The notes: generated from the sequence alone by a model not told the origin. A DNA stretch of 63,946 nucleotides, filler included, from Perkinsus chesapeaki ATCC PRA-425 (GCA_013115145.1; 5 parts of 5 records of this genome joined end to end with filler, not necessarily neighbours in it); one strand, 5' to 3'. Counted from the whole stretch's first letter, positions 25,001 to 38,485 are shown. A program made the numbers and translations.

Positions 25001-26442
25001 CACTGCCACCGTCATTCGCCATGGGAAGGTAGCTTCGTCTGCTTGGTACCTGCTGACTTTGTGACGAACACAACCTGAAAAACCTGTTGAAAAAGGCAAC
25101 CATGTTTTTGTTAAATTCTATCATGAATTTTCACCTAAACTGTTCGGGTACGACAGTCCACAAGAGCCGGCAAATGAAATCGGTTCCTCGTCCCTTATTA
25201 TTATTGCTATTGTGTCGGAGTTTATGTTGTCAGATTATCTAACGGTCAGTGGCGCGCTATTAAATACTGGCCACGAGCTGCAAAGACTATACCAGGGCTG
25301 TTGGTCTTTGGGGTTAATGGACCGTTAATATTTGCCAACTGGGAGTATGTTAAAGACAAGTAAGTGTGGTGTGGATATGAGGATGATTAGCAATGCAGCA
25401 AGATCATTATAACCTACATTTCCGGGACGGAAGATCTAAAATGTGTTTTCACGTTGAATGTTGGAGGCGTTCCACGATAACATAGAGCTCGGCGCGGGTA
25501 CGGATACGCTCCGTACCGTACTTTCCCCTATCGAAGTAGTACGGTAGTCCAGTTGTAGGTAGAGGGGCTATTAATAGGCATGGCAGGAGGGGCACTGTAT
25601 TGCTGGAGACTAACCTCATCTTTTATTATTATTTTTGCAGACTGCTGAAGACGGAGGAGAACTATTCACTATTTTGCAATAAGCCAGTGAAGGCAGTTGT
25701 CATCCATCTCGGAGGTGTACCGATTGTTGATGCGACAGCTGTTCAGGTATAGCTAATAATCGATCGGCTGATCGATTTGTAATTCAGGGCCTAGAGGAGC
25801 TCGCGGAGGAGTATTCCAGTCGGGGAGTCTCGCTCTGGTTTGCTGGAGCGCAGGGTTCTGTGAGAAAGATAATCGACAAGGTTTTGGTGCGCCGAAGAAA
25901 AATTGATCAAACTGGTAACGATAGAATAAATCGATCAGGTGATCGATTTGTGATCAGACTTGGTGCAACACATTGAAGCTGTCGTGAAACAGATATTGCC
26001 GACTCTCGATTTGCCGGTCCGAGCACATGTAAGCGACGAATCTTGCTATCTTGGTAAGCCTTGGATTTCCTCAACGCTCCCAGGCTGCCTCCATAATTCA
26101 ACGATGGTGGCGTTCGCAGCTTCAAAGGCTGCGTGAAGATGCTAACGGAGAAGTACAGGATACTTACTTCAACGTACATATAGGAATCTTGCAATCTTAC
26201 TCTCACTTACATTTTCTCAACAGGTACAGTGGGCAGTTGACGAGTCTACTGTAGCTGATATGATACGTTGCGAAAGTCTCCAGTGCATCTCTCAGCATCA
26301 TTATGCTGAACCAGTCACAATGGGCCAATTCGAGAAATGTCTGAAACGACGCCAGCACGGGTCATCATTCGACCTTACTAGGAGGAGCACGGTTAACTTG
26401 CAGCGATTGCTTGATGAGTCTCCTCGAGAACAGTATACTTGA
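19060..26442 (+). CDS. SLC26/SulP family anion (sulfate-type) transporter with STAS domain; possible extra 5' exons at ~18540-18760
   Basis: Exons KDIRGGVILGLVAISQSMAHANIA..GPYSC, YALFGSSRHLSIG, FLVRFISRPALSGFVTG, VGEVPSGLP, GSFFGAMPVQGGMSRTS, PRCALAGIII, and STAS VVIHLGGVPIVDATAVQGLEEL..YSSRGVSLWFAG. Confidence 0.95.
19937..21330 (-). CDS. Putative antisense gene or gene relic nested in SLC26 intron 19468-21401
   Basis: 111-aa (20155-20490) and 73-aa ORFs plus several upstream GT-AG bounded open segments on the minus strand; I could not assemble a fully clean model. Confidence 0.4.
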
Positions 26443-27059
26443 TCATCTTGGGTAAAGCATGTTTCTATTTGCTTTGGTGTTGAGTGGTAATGCATGGTAG
26501 ATGTAGGATAATTTTGCTCGGGAAATTGTTCAGGAAATTCCGGGAAAATTTCGTGGGTACATGTTTATATGTCGGGGAAATTTCAGGAGGATTTTTTATT
26601 ACATTAGATGTTTGAAGTTAACTGATTGGTTGTTACCTTAGTGAGTTATAATAAATAATCCAGTTTACGTAGAACATACAGAAGCTCAGCTGGGATCGCG
26701 ACAGAAGAGGAACGCGCATATGTTTCTGTCAACTGAATATCTTTAATCCCTGATGAGTTGGCGCTTGTTTGATTTCTGTCTGTCCTCCTCCTCCGCCTCC
26801 TCTCCCCATAACCAATCTATGTTGCTGGATACTTCATGTGAGGAATCAGCTCATGCTGGAAATACCCAAGTCACTGTGGAATCTGTTGAGGTCAAAATGG
26901 TAGGAATTCCCGGGCAATTTCGGGGTAACTCAAAAAAGCATCTCGGGCACGATTCGGTTTCATCAGCTACTTCCTCTCTGAGTTGGTTCCTCGCCTACAG
27001 ATAGTTGGCAGTCTATGTGTTGTCTACTTCGTACAGATATGACGTTGATTATTCAGTAG

Positions 27060-29152
27060 AGCGATAGTGGAGATGAAATACTACCTGACTGCTACGAAGG
27101 AACATACAGTACGCAAAATTCGGAGAAACTGGCGAAAGTCCTCGACGATGTACTAGTACGACATAAACTACTAAATGGTGGTGACGCCAAAGTGAATAAG
27201 TGCAGCTGGTGTGCTGTAAAAATGACAACTCTATTTTCCTGTGTTGGGTGGCATAGCTCCGATTCTCAGGGGGTCGACGAAGAGCAGTGCCATACGGACA
27301 TGGCTACAAGTGTTCATGATTCCGCTCATCAAGGTGGATATCTTTGGTTATAGCTCGAAAGATACTAAATAGGTCAACCTTCGACCCCTACTGGTGGAGG
27401 GTGTGCTAGTATCAGTACTAACAGCAGCCCTCATATGAGTTGTAGCAGGTCGACTTCCGGGAGACCGGCGAATCTATCGATGCAAGATAGTAAGTCACAG
27501 CAGCAGCAGTGGTAGTCTTTTTGTTGGAGCATCAACGTTTTTATATTCATCATTTATAATATGAACTTGAAGTACGGGAATCCGAGGAGCATCAGGAACA
27601 GTAGAGGATGGGGTCGGTTTTCCTGGGTGTACCTTTAAAAGGCTGCTCGGTGTAAATCAGCATCCATAGGAGCTGTATGATGGTGTAGGTGTTAAAGCCC
27701 TTGAGAGAGCCCATGAGATAATTGCTGGTCTAGGCAGACATGAAACTCCGCAAAGTGGACATGCTAGAGGAGGCAGCAGCAGCAGTAGTCATAGGAAGTC
27801 AAAAGTAACAGGGTTACTTACTGCTTCAGCGATCAACTTGGATACAAGCTGGGAATATCTCGTACGTCTTCCCTGGAATTAAGGCTTTCATTCGGGTTTT
27901 CGGGTTTTCGGGTTTTCGGGTTTTGAGTTCGGATAATATATCCTCCTCGCGAGTGTTTCAAGCATAAAACTCACATCCGGTTTGGCGAATTTCCATTACC
28001 ATTTTCCTACACGGCCACAGAACAAGCGTATAGCCTACTTATCACATTTATTCTGAAATGGTTCTTCAGGCTCTACTTGACGTGGCCAGTCCAACCGGAA
28101 ACCGCTTCGACAGATTGTAGGTCGGTAGTTTGGTGATTGAGGAAGTGAAATGAGTTAGATATGCCGACGGTGCAGAGCGAGCGGAGAGGTTAGCTGTTGC
28201 TCAAGCACAGAAGAGGATGGATGAACTATTGGAGGGGCCAGGCTCGGCTACTGGGAAAATAAATAGGGAAATGTAAACAGGGTTAATATGAGCAAAGGGG
28301 AGATAGCATGGGCGAATTTGAATCTTCGGAAGATTTGGGGCCAGCTGGACGGGTGCTGGTGTATTCGAATCCATTGTGGAAGGTGAACTATTTCAACAAG
28401 TGCTACACGAGGGAGGTGGTTAGGGAGACCGAGAATGAATCAGCGTCTTGGTGCTATTAAAGGCATTGTATTACTACTATATAATAAGTGTGCAAACTAG
28501 CGAGATCAGGTTAAGGAGTCCTGCTGTTTATGACATAGGACCCGAATTTCAGAAAATTTCGGGAATTTTCGGGAATTTTCGTCATCTCCCAGCGAATTTC
28601 TTTACTGTGCCGATTTGGTGGTTCGGAAGATTAGGAGTTTCCCCTGACTGACTCCGACTGGCAAACAGTCGGCAGTATTGTCCGTAATTAATCGGTTTAT
28701 TGTAATGGTTCAGGAAAAAAGGTGACAAGTCACCGAACTCGACCGCTAGCGGACCGTGCCCGAAGAACCGATTTGAGCGTCTGTAAGGGGCGTGGGAGAT
28801 CTTCTATTGAACCTCACTAGAGATTGTTGCGAGAGATGCCTCCAAATACTTGTTGGCTATTGAATGATCTCCTTGCTCTTCGGGAGCTGCGTAATATATA
28901 AGGGCCTCCACGAATTGGCAGGAGACTGGCCGTTACTGTTTGCTGAAGAAGTCCTTTAATTGCAACTATCGGGCTAGAGACAGCGTCATGAGAGTTTTGC
29001 TGTCCGCTGGTTGGTTGGTAGCTGGTTGGATAGATACGCGGAAGGAGCAGAGAGTGTGGCCAGGAGGAAGGATCTTGAGGAGTCGGTTATTAGAGAGGAG
29101 GATGAGAAATTACGAATGGAGATAGCGAAGGCCAAGAAGACCAGACTGAATG
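27060..29152 (+). CDS. Hypothetical low-complexity/coiled-coil protein with repeated NRF(D/E)RL..YA(D/E)GA motif; truncated by contig end
   Basis: Exons NRFDRL|YADGAERAERLAVAQAQKRMDELL and NRFERL...YAEGAESVARRKDLEESVIREEDEKLRMEIAK. Confidence 0.5.
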
Positions 29153-29265
29153 GTAGGCTAGAAGTTGATGTCAAGTTCTAAGCGAGGGACACTGTTATAT
29201 GTTAATGCTATCATCTTACTGTGGTTTTGCCCTTCCTCAACCTACACTTTTAACATTGTTGGTAT

Positions 29266-29365
29266 NNNNNNNNNNNNNNNNNNNNNNNNNNNNNNNNNNN
29301 NNNNNNNNNTTAATTAATTAANNNNNNNNNNNNNNNNNNNNNNNNNNNNNNNNNNNNNNNNNNNN
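29266..29365. other. Artificial contig linker (44 N + TTAATTAATTAA + 44 N)
   Basis: Same 100-nt structure at four places; the 12-mer gives stops in all six frames. Confidence 0.97.
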
Positions 29366-29674
29366 AGTTATTATTAGTTATTATTAGTTATTATTAGTCA
29401 TTATTAGTTATTATTAGTTATTATTAGTTATTATTAGTTATTATTAGTCATTATTAGTTATTATTAGTTATTATTAGTTATTATTAGTCATTNNNNNNNN
29501 NNNNNNNNNNNNNNNNNNNNNNNNNNNNNNNNNNNNNNNNNNNNNNNNNNNNNNNNNNNNNNNNNNNNNNNNNNNNNNNNNNNNNNNNNATTATTAGTTA
29601 TTATTAGTTATTATTAGTTATTATTAGTTATTATTAGTTATTATTAGTTATTATTAGTTATTATTAGTTATTAT
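29366..29674. repeat. 10-bp AT-rich minisatellite (agttattatt)n, interrupted by a 97-N gap
   Basis: Directly visible on both sides of the N run 29493-29589. Confidence 0.95.
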
Positions 29675-32457
29675 AACAGCACTTAGTTCCTGAGTGTTCA
29701 TGAATCGTCAACATTGTTATTTTCCTGATATTGCATACTGTATGTGCCAGTCTGATATGGTCCTCAGATATGGCTCAATCGACTTGTGCCGGGAATTGCT
29801 ACTTCAAGTTCGACGAGTGATCATAGAATGGCAGGGAGTGCCAGCCGTTGAAATGGGAGCAATTGAGGCATTGCCACCTAAGAAGAGTAAGTTAGCCAAG
29901 TCACCCCACAATGACTTAAACATTTCTCGCCTCTTACTGTTAAAGTCGGATGTGAGACTTTACTACGAAGTAGCCTCCAAAGTGGAACGCCTTGCCAGAC
30001 ATCTTGGCATATCTAGGCAGGGGGTCATAGAGGAACGTCGGGTGTTAGGCACACCCGGAGGAATGCACTTCATGCTCCCTCCTGATCTAGAAACATATCA
30101 ACTAATATTTAGATTTGCTACTGTATCATCTCCACATAAGTAACGCTTTGTGATCTTCGATGGAAACAATATCATCATCAATACTATTTATGATGGATCT
30201 ATGATATATTCGATAATAGAATGAAGGTGGCGCTCGATCTATTTTCATGCACATCTATCACGGGATTGAACACGACCCCATCATTAATAATATTTTTATA
30301 ATGCATCTACTGCATGTATCAGTTTGATATATGCACTAGATTGGTGGCGAGAGTATTGCCACCACACTGATGCGTACATCTATAATATATAATTAAAATC
30401 CATTCGATGTATTTAGATATATTCGTACATAATATATTGAATACAGTAAAGGTATTTACTCGATAAGTCCCCATTTTCAGGCACGTTGTCTCGCCCGTTT
30501 GCATGGTCTGACACGGAGGATCTGTTATGTAAAATCAAAGTCGGCTCTAAGAGATGGAATAGTGATGAGGATCTGTGCTCGATGCATGTGCCGCTATCGA
30601 GGCTTTATGTCGTACTTTACTCAGTAACTCTCCACAAGTAGGTGCTCGGGCTACCTCCGACCGCCGGGGACTTTCGATTAGATACGGCTTGGCTGGGATA
30701 CCTGATGAGATCCACGGCCATGATTTCGAGGTTGCAAGGATCTTGGAGTTCCCCCTCCGAGCGCTTGTCCAGCACGAGGAGGTTTGCAGTGGCCTCTGGA
30801 TCAGAAATGGTGGGAGCTGACTTCGATGGCAGATGCCGAGCAATAGTCTCCGTTCAGGCGAATCAATTCGATCCGAGCATGAGTTCTATCTCGCCAATTA
30901 TTTCCACCACGCCTTTGCTGATGTTGACATCCAAGCTGTCCTCCTCACAAGCAGGCTGTCTGCGGAGCCGGGAAGATTCATAAAGTAACAAATCGAAACG
31001 GCACGTTAGTCTTATTCAACTTACATCGTTTTTCTCAACTTGAATCGTTTTTCGGTTGTGGGAACATTTTTTCTCGCCTACCACTTGGGACGTATCTTAC
31101 GTACGCGACATGAATTTAGCTCTTCACTTATAATTAGACTGCTGTATTGAATGATACGAGGAGTCTCTTCGTCGTGGCCTTGGCTAAGGACCAAGACTTG
31201 TATAATGATTATGACAAGGAATGTTATCTTCGCAATTAAAGAAAATCATTTTTCCCGTCTACTGCAGGAGTCATAATGGAGTTTATCATATCACGCCTTG
31301 TACTCATATTGAGACAGTGTCCCCGCTGGTATTGATGTAATTGGTCTGTTCACCATGATCCTGGTCTGGCCCTTCTAGAATGACTATGATGAGCAATATC
31401 ATTTTTAAAGTTTCATAGGAGAATTGTAAGGCTACTTGAGCATATCAGGAAGCTCGGAGCCGTAATTGAGCAGCTTTGAGTTCTGAATTGCACATTTACT
31501 GACCGATGCAGATAAAGGAAATGGTCACGCTCTTTCTTTCAGGCATCTGCTTTCTGCGTTCGGTATTCGTCCAACAGTAGTATGGAGTGAACACATTCCT
31601 CCGCTAAGTGCAAGCTCTGTGGAGGAAGCTGAAAGGTACGTGAAAAAGCTCAACTGTGCTATGAAGGTGAGAACTACTGGGGAGAGGTGCGGCTATCAGA
31701 TTCCACGACTCCGAGGCAATCGTATGAATTCTGTAAATGTTACTTCAAGTACCAAGTTAATGCAACAGGGTGCATGAGGAATATGTGGCCGCCAAACATA
31801 ACCTTTTCGACGAGTTGGATGATTTAATACATACCGGGAATAATAGCCCCTTCAAAGGAAGGGTCTCAATGAGATCTATCAATTGCTCTAAGTGTATCAA
31901 GTTGATGCCACCACCTGGTGGCATCACCGAGTGGCCGCTGGAATGCTTCATTGGCGCGATCACTGTTGTCATATCTGTACTGTTCAGATTTTATGTGCTT
32001 TGGTATCTCCTTATTCATCCGGTATCACTGAGACTGGTGGAAGGCAATATACCGATATAACGTCGAAACAACATCTTCGCCAAAAACTTGCAGCTGCGGG
32101 ACAGATAACGTAAGCGATGAAGCATTCATTCGGCGCCTAATAAATGAAGAAAAGAGACCACTATTACTATGTGAAGCATTCAGGAAGTTTGCTTGACCGA
32201 GGTTGATCCGCTCTTGCTCTTCTAGTGAGAGTCGTTATAGCAAGTTGCTTAGCGCTTCATCATCTTGTAGACTTCACAATACGAGCTACACTTTCATGCT
32301 TGTAGCGGTAGGCATCAGTTGGGGCGTGTCTGCCGTCTCTGGTTCGTCAGGCGCCTTTGTACATACTATAGTCATTATTATAGTATTAATTATTATAATA
32401 CTATTCGGATGACATAATAACACTCCACTGCTCGTTTCCCGACATGTATCATTCAGA

Positions 32458-33402
32458 ATGTCCTACGCCCGAGATCCTCGTCTCGACAAGTTCACTAACA
32501 CCCTGGCAGCAAGTGATATGGACTTGCTGCAGGAGAATCTTGAGGCTGTTGCCAAAGCAGAGCTGGGTGGCACCAATACTGCTGGACAAAGAAGTAGGTT
32601 GAGCTCATTTATGTGACGTCATAAAACTGAAGGAGGATGCTTATATACGTAAACGTCGGAAATGCCAGCTCGGACTTCTGATTCCTCCTAAACCTAATTT
32701 TTAGTGGTGCCCTGGCCCATCCATAATGTATAGAATCAATCTACTCTGTGGATGATTGATAACTCCCCTAACAGCCCGTTTGCCGTGCGAAGCATCTAGT
32801 TCAGGCGGGCAGTCAGCGATCGTATATTGGAGCTCTTTCGTACACTGCCGATCCAATTAGTGCAGCGCAGTTGGCAATCAATAATAAGATTAATTATTGG
32901 TCTTTTATAGCTCACACTTTTTTACGGATGAGACTTTGTCCCATCGTTTCCTGCAGGTCTGTACACTCTTCGAGATGATCAATGGGGATTGGTTGACTTG
33001 CTTTATCCCAGTTGGATATGGCGAGAGCAACAAGATGTTGAGGAAAGATTGGTATGACGATTTGAACTTTGAATTTTTCAGATCTGAAAAGCCCGGGAAT
33101 GAGTTTTATTTTTGCGCTTTCTCTAGAATTAGTAAGAGATTCCCCGGAGGAAATCTTCCGTCACGGAACTCTTCTATAGAAATCCTTAACGAAACCTTCC
33201 GGATTTACGCCACCAGTCCATAGAGTTCAATAGAAGTTGCCGGAAACTTGCAGTTTTCGTAAAGTTAGAAACCTTGGCCAGCCGAAAGCTTCACCTGCAG
33301 ACTGCATTTTATTTCTCTCAGGTTTCGTATCTCAAGCGAAACAACAAGACACTGACTGATTGGTGGTTTGGTGAAGTTATTTATAATCCTGATCGACCTA
33401 AG
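32458..33402 (+). CDS. Small Trp-rich protein, three in-phase exons; final exon unresolved
   Basis: Exons 32458-32593, 32957-33051 and 33322-33402 splice in frame: MSYARDPRLDKFTNTLAASDMDLLQENLEAVAKAELGGTNTAGQRSLYTLRDDQWGLVDLLYPSWIWREQQDVEERLVSYLKRNNKTLTDWWFGEVIYNPDRPK. Confidence 0.7.
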
Positions 33403-34019
33403 GTAGGATAGGCAGGCTCCTACTGAATATCTAAAGCGTCCGTTCTGTTGTTTTCAAGCGTCTTTTATTGGAGAACTATTCGCCCTGTGGACTTGGCTTC
33501 TTGGAAGATTCTGATGCACTGATTTTCTATTATGAGTTTGAAGCTCTCATCATGTTGTTCTTAAACGGTTCACGTTGAATTGGAGAACTATACGCCCTGT
33601 GGCTTAAAGTCGCAGGGAATATAGGTCATTCCCTTTAGGAACTCGACCCATAGGCAATCCCAGTCACCGACTTGGATTCTTGGAAGGAATCCACAAAAGA
33701 CATTTCCTATTTAACATAATATATACTATTAGTAAATGAGTGTATATTATGCACTATAAAATGGTGTATGTTAAGCCTTTATGAAATGATACTATCACTA
33801 CATTTTAAACCGATGAAGAGTTAGGATTTGAAATTCTCTGGGAACCACTTCCGTATATCAGCTGGGGGAACAATATCTTGCAAGTCCGCTAGGGGGTTTA
33901 AATAGCAAATAATATTACTATTGCTTGGATTAATAACCATTATTAATTACTGTTTATTAATTATAGTATTGTATATACTGTATCTTGCTGAACGTAATGC
34001 AACTCTGTGGATTTAAATT

Positions 34020-37000
34020 ATGATATTTCTGCCACTACTACTAAGCCGCACTGACATTGACTCCTTAAAGGTTCTGAAACCTCACCACCTTGATCATGCT
34101 TTCATTTTTCACAACCCTCGACTATTATGTAAGGTACACGAAGACCTTCGAAAACAGACTGCAGAACTGCTAAAATCACCCGAGTTGCTATCGATATGTT
34201 TCATCAGCTTGTTGGCAGTAAAGTAAGATCTTCGATTTCCCGCGCGCCGCGAAATTAAGAACAGGGTTGGTCTTTTGGACACGCTTGGTGGGGATCAACG
34301 ACTTCTCCACCTCACCTTGCATTTGCTACTGCGAGTGGTCACCCTGTCTATTGGCGTTGAGGAAATACAAGATGAGCAAGATGAGCAGATGGACTCTATC
34401 GATGAGGACACTTATGAGGTGATCCTTTCTGTAAGGTGCATTCAGTGACCAGCAAATCGACTTGTAACGGTGATTGTAAGAAACTCCTAAGCCTGCTCTT
34501 ATCTTCCGTGCCAGTATTTGGCTGCTAATTAAGCTCTCTCCCGAGTCATGTCTTGGATTTCACTGCACTTAGTCGTCAATACGACTATCAATTTCGCAGA
34601 TAGGGATGTTAATTTGGCGATAGTGGCCGAAAACGGGAATAAACTCTATCAGCGAAGACGCTACTCTCGGGAAATGAATTTTAGCAATATATAGAAACTA
34701 AATCCGGCAAGTGGATTTCAACAATATATAGAAACTAAATCCGGCACGTGAATCTCACCAATATATAGAAACTAAATCCGACACGTGAATCTCACCAATA
34801 TATAGAAACTAAATCCGACACGTGAATCTCAACAATATATAGAAACTAAATCCGGCAAGTGGATCTCACCAATATATAGAAACTAAATCCGGTTGTTGAA
34901 GTCAGTAGTGGCGTGTCGATGGGTTCGAGATTTTAGAAGGGGTATTGAGCTTTCATCTTCAGTCCTCACCTTATAAGTTTCAAGCTTTCACGGTGCCGCA
35001 TCTCGCTCGGAGATATAGAACGGTTGGCGCTGAATCGGGTAGGGAAGCTTTGGTATGACTAGTTTGCACGCATGCACATATCAGATAATTGTGCAATATT
35101 GAGATGTTGTCTGCATAGAATAGTAATCCCAGTTGGTCTTCCCGGAGGAGCTCAAATCGAGGAAGCAGGTGAGCTGTGGAGGGGTGAGGTTTTGGTCACT
35201 TTGCGACCTATTCAATAGACAATGCGGAAATAGCGTTATCAGATAAAATCTATATAATACAGAAAGACTAGAAAGTCACGTACTTGGTGGGTTCCAAGTG
35301 TTTAATGTGAAGTCTAACATTTTGTTATAGATGATAAAAAAATCCGTATTGAAAAAGATTTTTCCTTTATAATGCTCTCTGCTGTGCGAAACCGTTTTAC
35401 ATAATATTATCTGTCCTCTTCAATTCGCCGTCCACTGTTATACGGGAACATCGTGAGAATCTACTTACCCCACTTACCTCCCTCCTAGATCACTACACCT
35501 CGTACCTTTCTTCAGCCTTGACAGAGTCATCTAGCCGCCTCAGAAATATGTGTTTTCAGCGGTACGGAAAGTGTGCGTACTGCTGAGGAGATATAAATTA
35601 TATCATAGATCAATATATCAAATTATATAAATCGCTCGATCATCATAGATCAATATATCAAATTATATAAATCGCTCGATCATCATAGATCAATATATCA
35701 AATTAAATAAATCGCTCGATCATCATAGATCAATATATCAAATTTTTCATTATATCATATAATGGAAAACTTGATAGGAAAGGACAACTTGAAACAGGAA
35801 ACTTGAAAATTGCTTATTTTATAGTGCAACAGCACTCCTTTGACCGCGCGGGCGAGATTGAAATTGATTGACTCTGCTAATAACTGATGGCCCTCTGTGA
35901 CCTCTTACATTGCCCATGGCTTCTACTGTATCGCGCGAGTCTCCTACGGATCATTTCCGTCAACATGTGATAGCTCTTAATCGGTGTCCAGGTCAATCTG
36001 AGAGTATCTTGAGTCTGCTGACATCCCTAGCCATGAAGCCAAGTTGCTCCCAAGAGTATCCGTGGATCGAGCTATTGCTCAACGCCCTTCACAGGAGGGC
36101 GCATAATGATATTACCAGGAGAGAGGTGGGTGCTAGAAAAGTCGCGCGCCACGAAATTAGGGCTGTGTTCAGGTGATCGAGAAGAGCATGGAATCTGCGA
36201 ATATGACTATACCGTCGAGCGGTGTGGAGTACCCGAGTACTCCGGTTCGAAAGAAGAGTACGAATTTCGTGGCGACGGCGGTCGATGAGGCGGCGGACAA
36301 CACCAACACCTCTGAAGCTGAACGTATGGGTGGACTACTGGTTTACTTTGATAGTATTCAGGTTCATCATCGACATGATGAATCATTTCAAAGCATAAAC
36401 TTTCAACGTTTTATTATTTATATGTCACCATACCATTGTAAATAATATGACTTGTTGAGCGCTACTTCATCTTAGTAGCAGAAAATATCGGCCAGATATT
36501 CCTCAAACACTTGCGGGGCCATGAACTGATTCACTCTACTTGATATTGTCATTGTCTACTCAGAGATTCTCGATATCTCCGGTATCAGGTTTAAAGCGGC
36601 ATAGGTGCGATTCCTCTTTCTCTGGTTCGAGTCCTATTGATCCTGCCAAGATAAGGAAGCGACGCTCGGTGCAGCGGAAGATGATGAACTTGGTAAGTTG
36701 GCCTCCGCTGTTTATCAGTCAGGGAGAGATCGATTGTGATGATGAATGATGATTGATTCTTTACCAGTTCGTTTCATTCCCATGTGTATGAATTTTACGT
36801 ATCATCATAATTGTGGCTGGTACGAAAGCAACTGAGTTGATAGTCTCGTGAGGTTGCCATGTTGATGATTTTGTAAAGTAGCTAACTGAGATCGGTTTAA
36901 TGCAGTCGCACTGACTGAAGGAGTAATCGGGAGAATGTCGGCACGCTCTACACTGGCAGTGTATTAAGGTTATGCGTCTCACTCAGGTTCAAATGAGACA

Positions 37001-37120
37001 ACAACAGTTCCTCGAGGGCATCGCTGGAAAGAGCACCTCTCCTTCGGTCGCGCCAAAGGGACGGTCGAGGACGCAGAGCGGTGCAATGGGCAGCAGTGAA
37101 TGCGATGTAAGCAGCTTTGA
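34020..37120 (+). CDS. Hypothetical multi-exon protein with acidic patch and basic NLS-like segments
   Basis: Exons LLAVK|VGLLDTLGGDQRLLHL..EEIQDEQDEQMDSIDED, YPWIELLLNALHRR, VIEKSMESANM, GLKRHRC..KIRKRRSVQRK with canonical introns (34223-34264, 36126-36172). Confidence 0.5.
34685..34892. repeat. 37-bp minisatellite, 5.6 copies
   Basis: caatatatagaaactaaatccg(g/a)ca(a/c)gtg(g/a)at(t/c)tca(a/c) head to tail. Confidence 0.95.
35602..35743. repeat. 40-bp minisatellite, ~3.5 copies
   Basis: atcatagatcaatatatcaaattatataaatcgctcgatc tandem. Confidence 0.95.
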
Positions 37121-38485
37121 TCGTTGTTGTGTAGTATTGGCCGGTATTAGTACTCAACTGTAGTAGTCTAGTGGAGATACTAAATCAGAGACATATTAGA
37201 CCACTGATCTGTAATTGTGATGAGGTTGCTTTCGGAGGGCTGATGGAACTTGTGAGGGAATTAACACTAATACAATATTATATACTACGGCAATTGTTTA
37301 CATCATTATTTGACACTGTAGATTTTTCATAATTTATAAAATTGTATCATCATTCTTGGTATGTATCAACTTTCATCACAGTTGATGGTATCTTTTAGGA
37401 TGATAATTCCGTATTTAGAAACATAACGAAAATTATGGCAACTAGGTCGCCGTGCCTCCCAGTGCTCATTGAGGCATTCTATGTCCTCAGACCACCTGCG
37501 TGATATGTTTCGGCGGCAATCCCGAGCCTTCTACCGCGGGCCAGACGGCAGCAGACTCGCCCACGGTTATCTCTGGTGCACTGGGGAGACTATGTTTTGT
37601 GGAGGTTTCAACGTAGCTATGACAGCGTCGCGCGCCTCAAAATTCGACTTAGGTTCACTGACACTCCGAGGCCTAAGATGCCGACTGGTGAAGCTATTCT
37701 CCCTTTTGAGGAGGTCGGAGCCTCTCCACGGCGACACAGCTCCGCTGGGCCTGGTGACAGCCACGAGCGGCAACCTACGATGTCGTTCTTCACGCCAGGG
37801 CCGACGAGCATGAAAGCAGTGGTGGGTTAGGGGATATGTGGCCCAGATGATGTGGGATTTACCCTTGCTATTACTACTCTATACACTAGACAGTATATAT
37901 ATACGTATTTACTTCTACTTCCATTTTTCTATCATTTACTGCCCTTGCAGCAGCTGTTACTATTACTGTGTGAGTTTCTCATAATACATAATGTATAGAA
38001 TCTCTACGGCCGTGACGTGATTATGTTGGTCTCAGATTCATGGCTGCGGGCATCTCCTTCACACCAAGTGCTGGGAGAGCTATCGTGAGAATGCTATTGG
38101 CAACTTATCCTGTCCGTAAGTAAACAGAAAAATTAAAGTTCAAACTAGAATTTCGACAAACAAACTTTTCCCGCTCATCTAACAATTACAGTAGGCGCAA
38201 TCTAAAGAGCCAATTTCGTGTGGCGGGCTCAACTTCTTAACTAGTGCTCATATCAACCTGAAATTTGGCATGGGAACCTGGAATCCTAACATGTATATAT
38301 CGTTGAAATACTACTCCACGGACTTTTCGAAGAAAAAGTTTTCTCGCGTACTGTAGTATTTTTCAATTTACTGCGCGAGCTAGCTTTCAGCAAGTCGTCC
38401 AAACACGTAAGCAACCCGCTTCCTATATCTTTCTGCGGGGACTTTCTGAAACGTTGAGACTTTAGCTGTAAGTAATAGGGTTGCT

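Noticed and set aside
27891-27924. (TTTTCGGG)x4 as an interstitial telomere
   Set aside because: Only four units and C instead of A; more simply a member of the intronic CGGG/TTTT tract class.
29310-29321. TTAATTAATTAA recurring four times inside N runs
   Set aside because: Fixed 44N-12-44N format; an assembly linker, not a biological site.
34265-34360. GWSFGHAWWG...YWR* as the last exon of the small Trp-rich gene
   Set aside because: The same exon reads in another frame as part of the 34020 gene via a short canonical intron; cannot be decided without cDNA.
34685-34892. CRISPR-like array (37-bp period with a constant 22-23 nt part)
   Set aside because: The variable parts are near-identical variants, not unique spacers; no cas genes; eukaryotic context.
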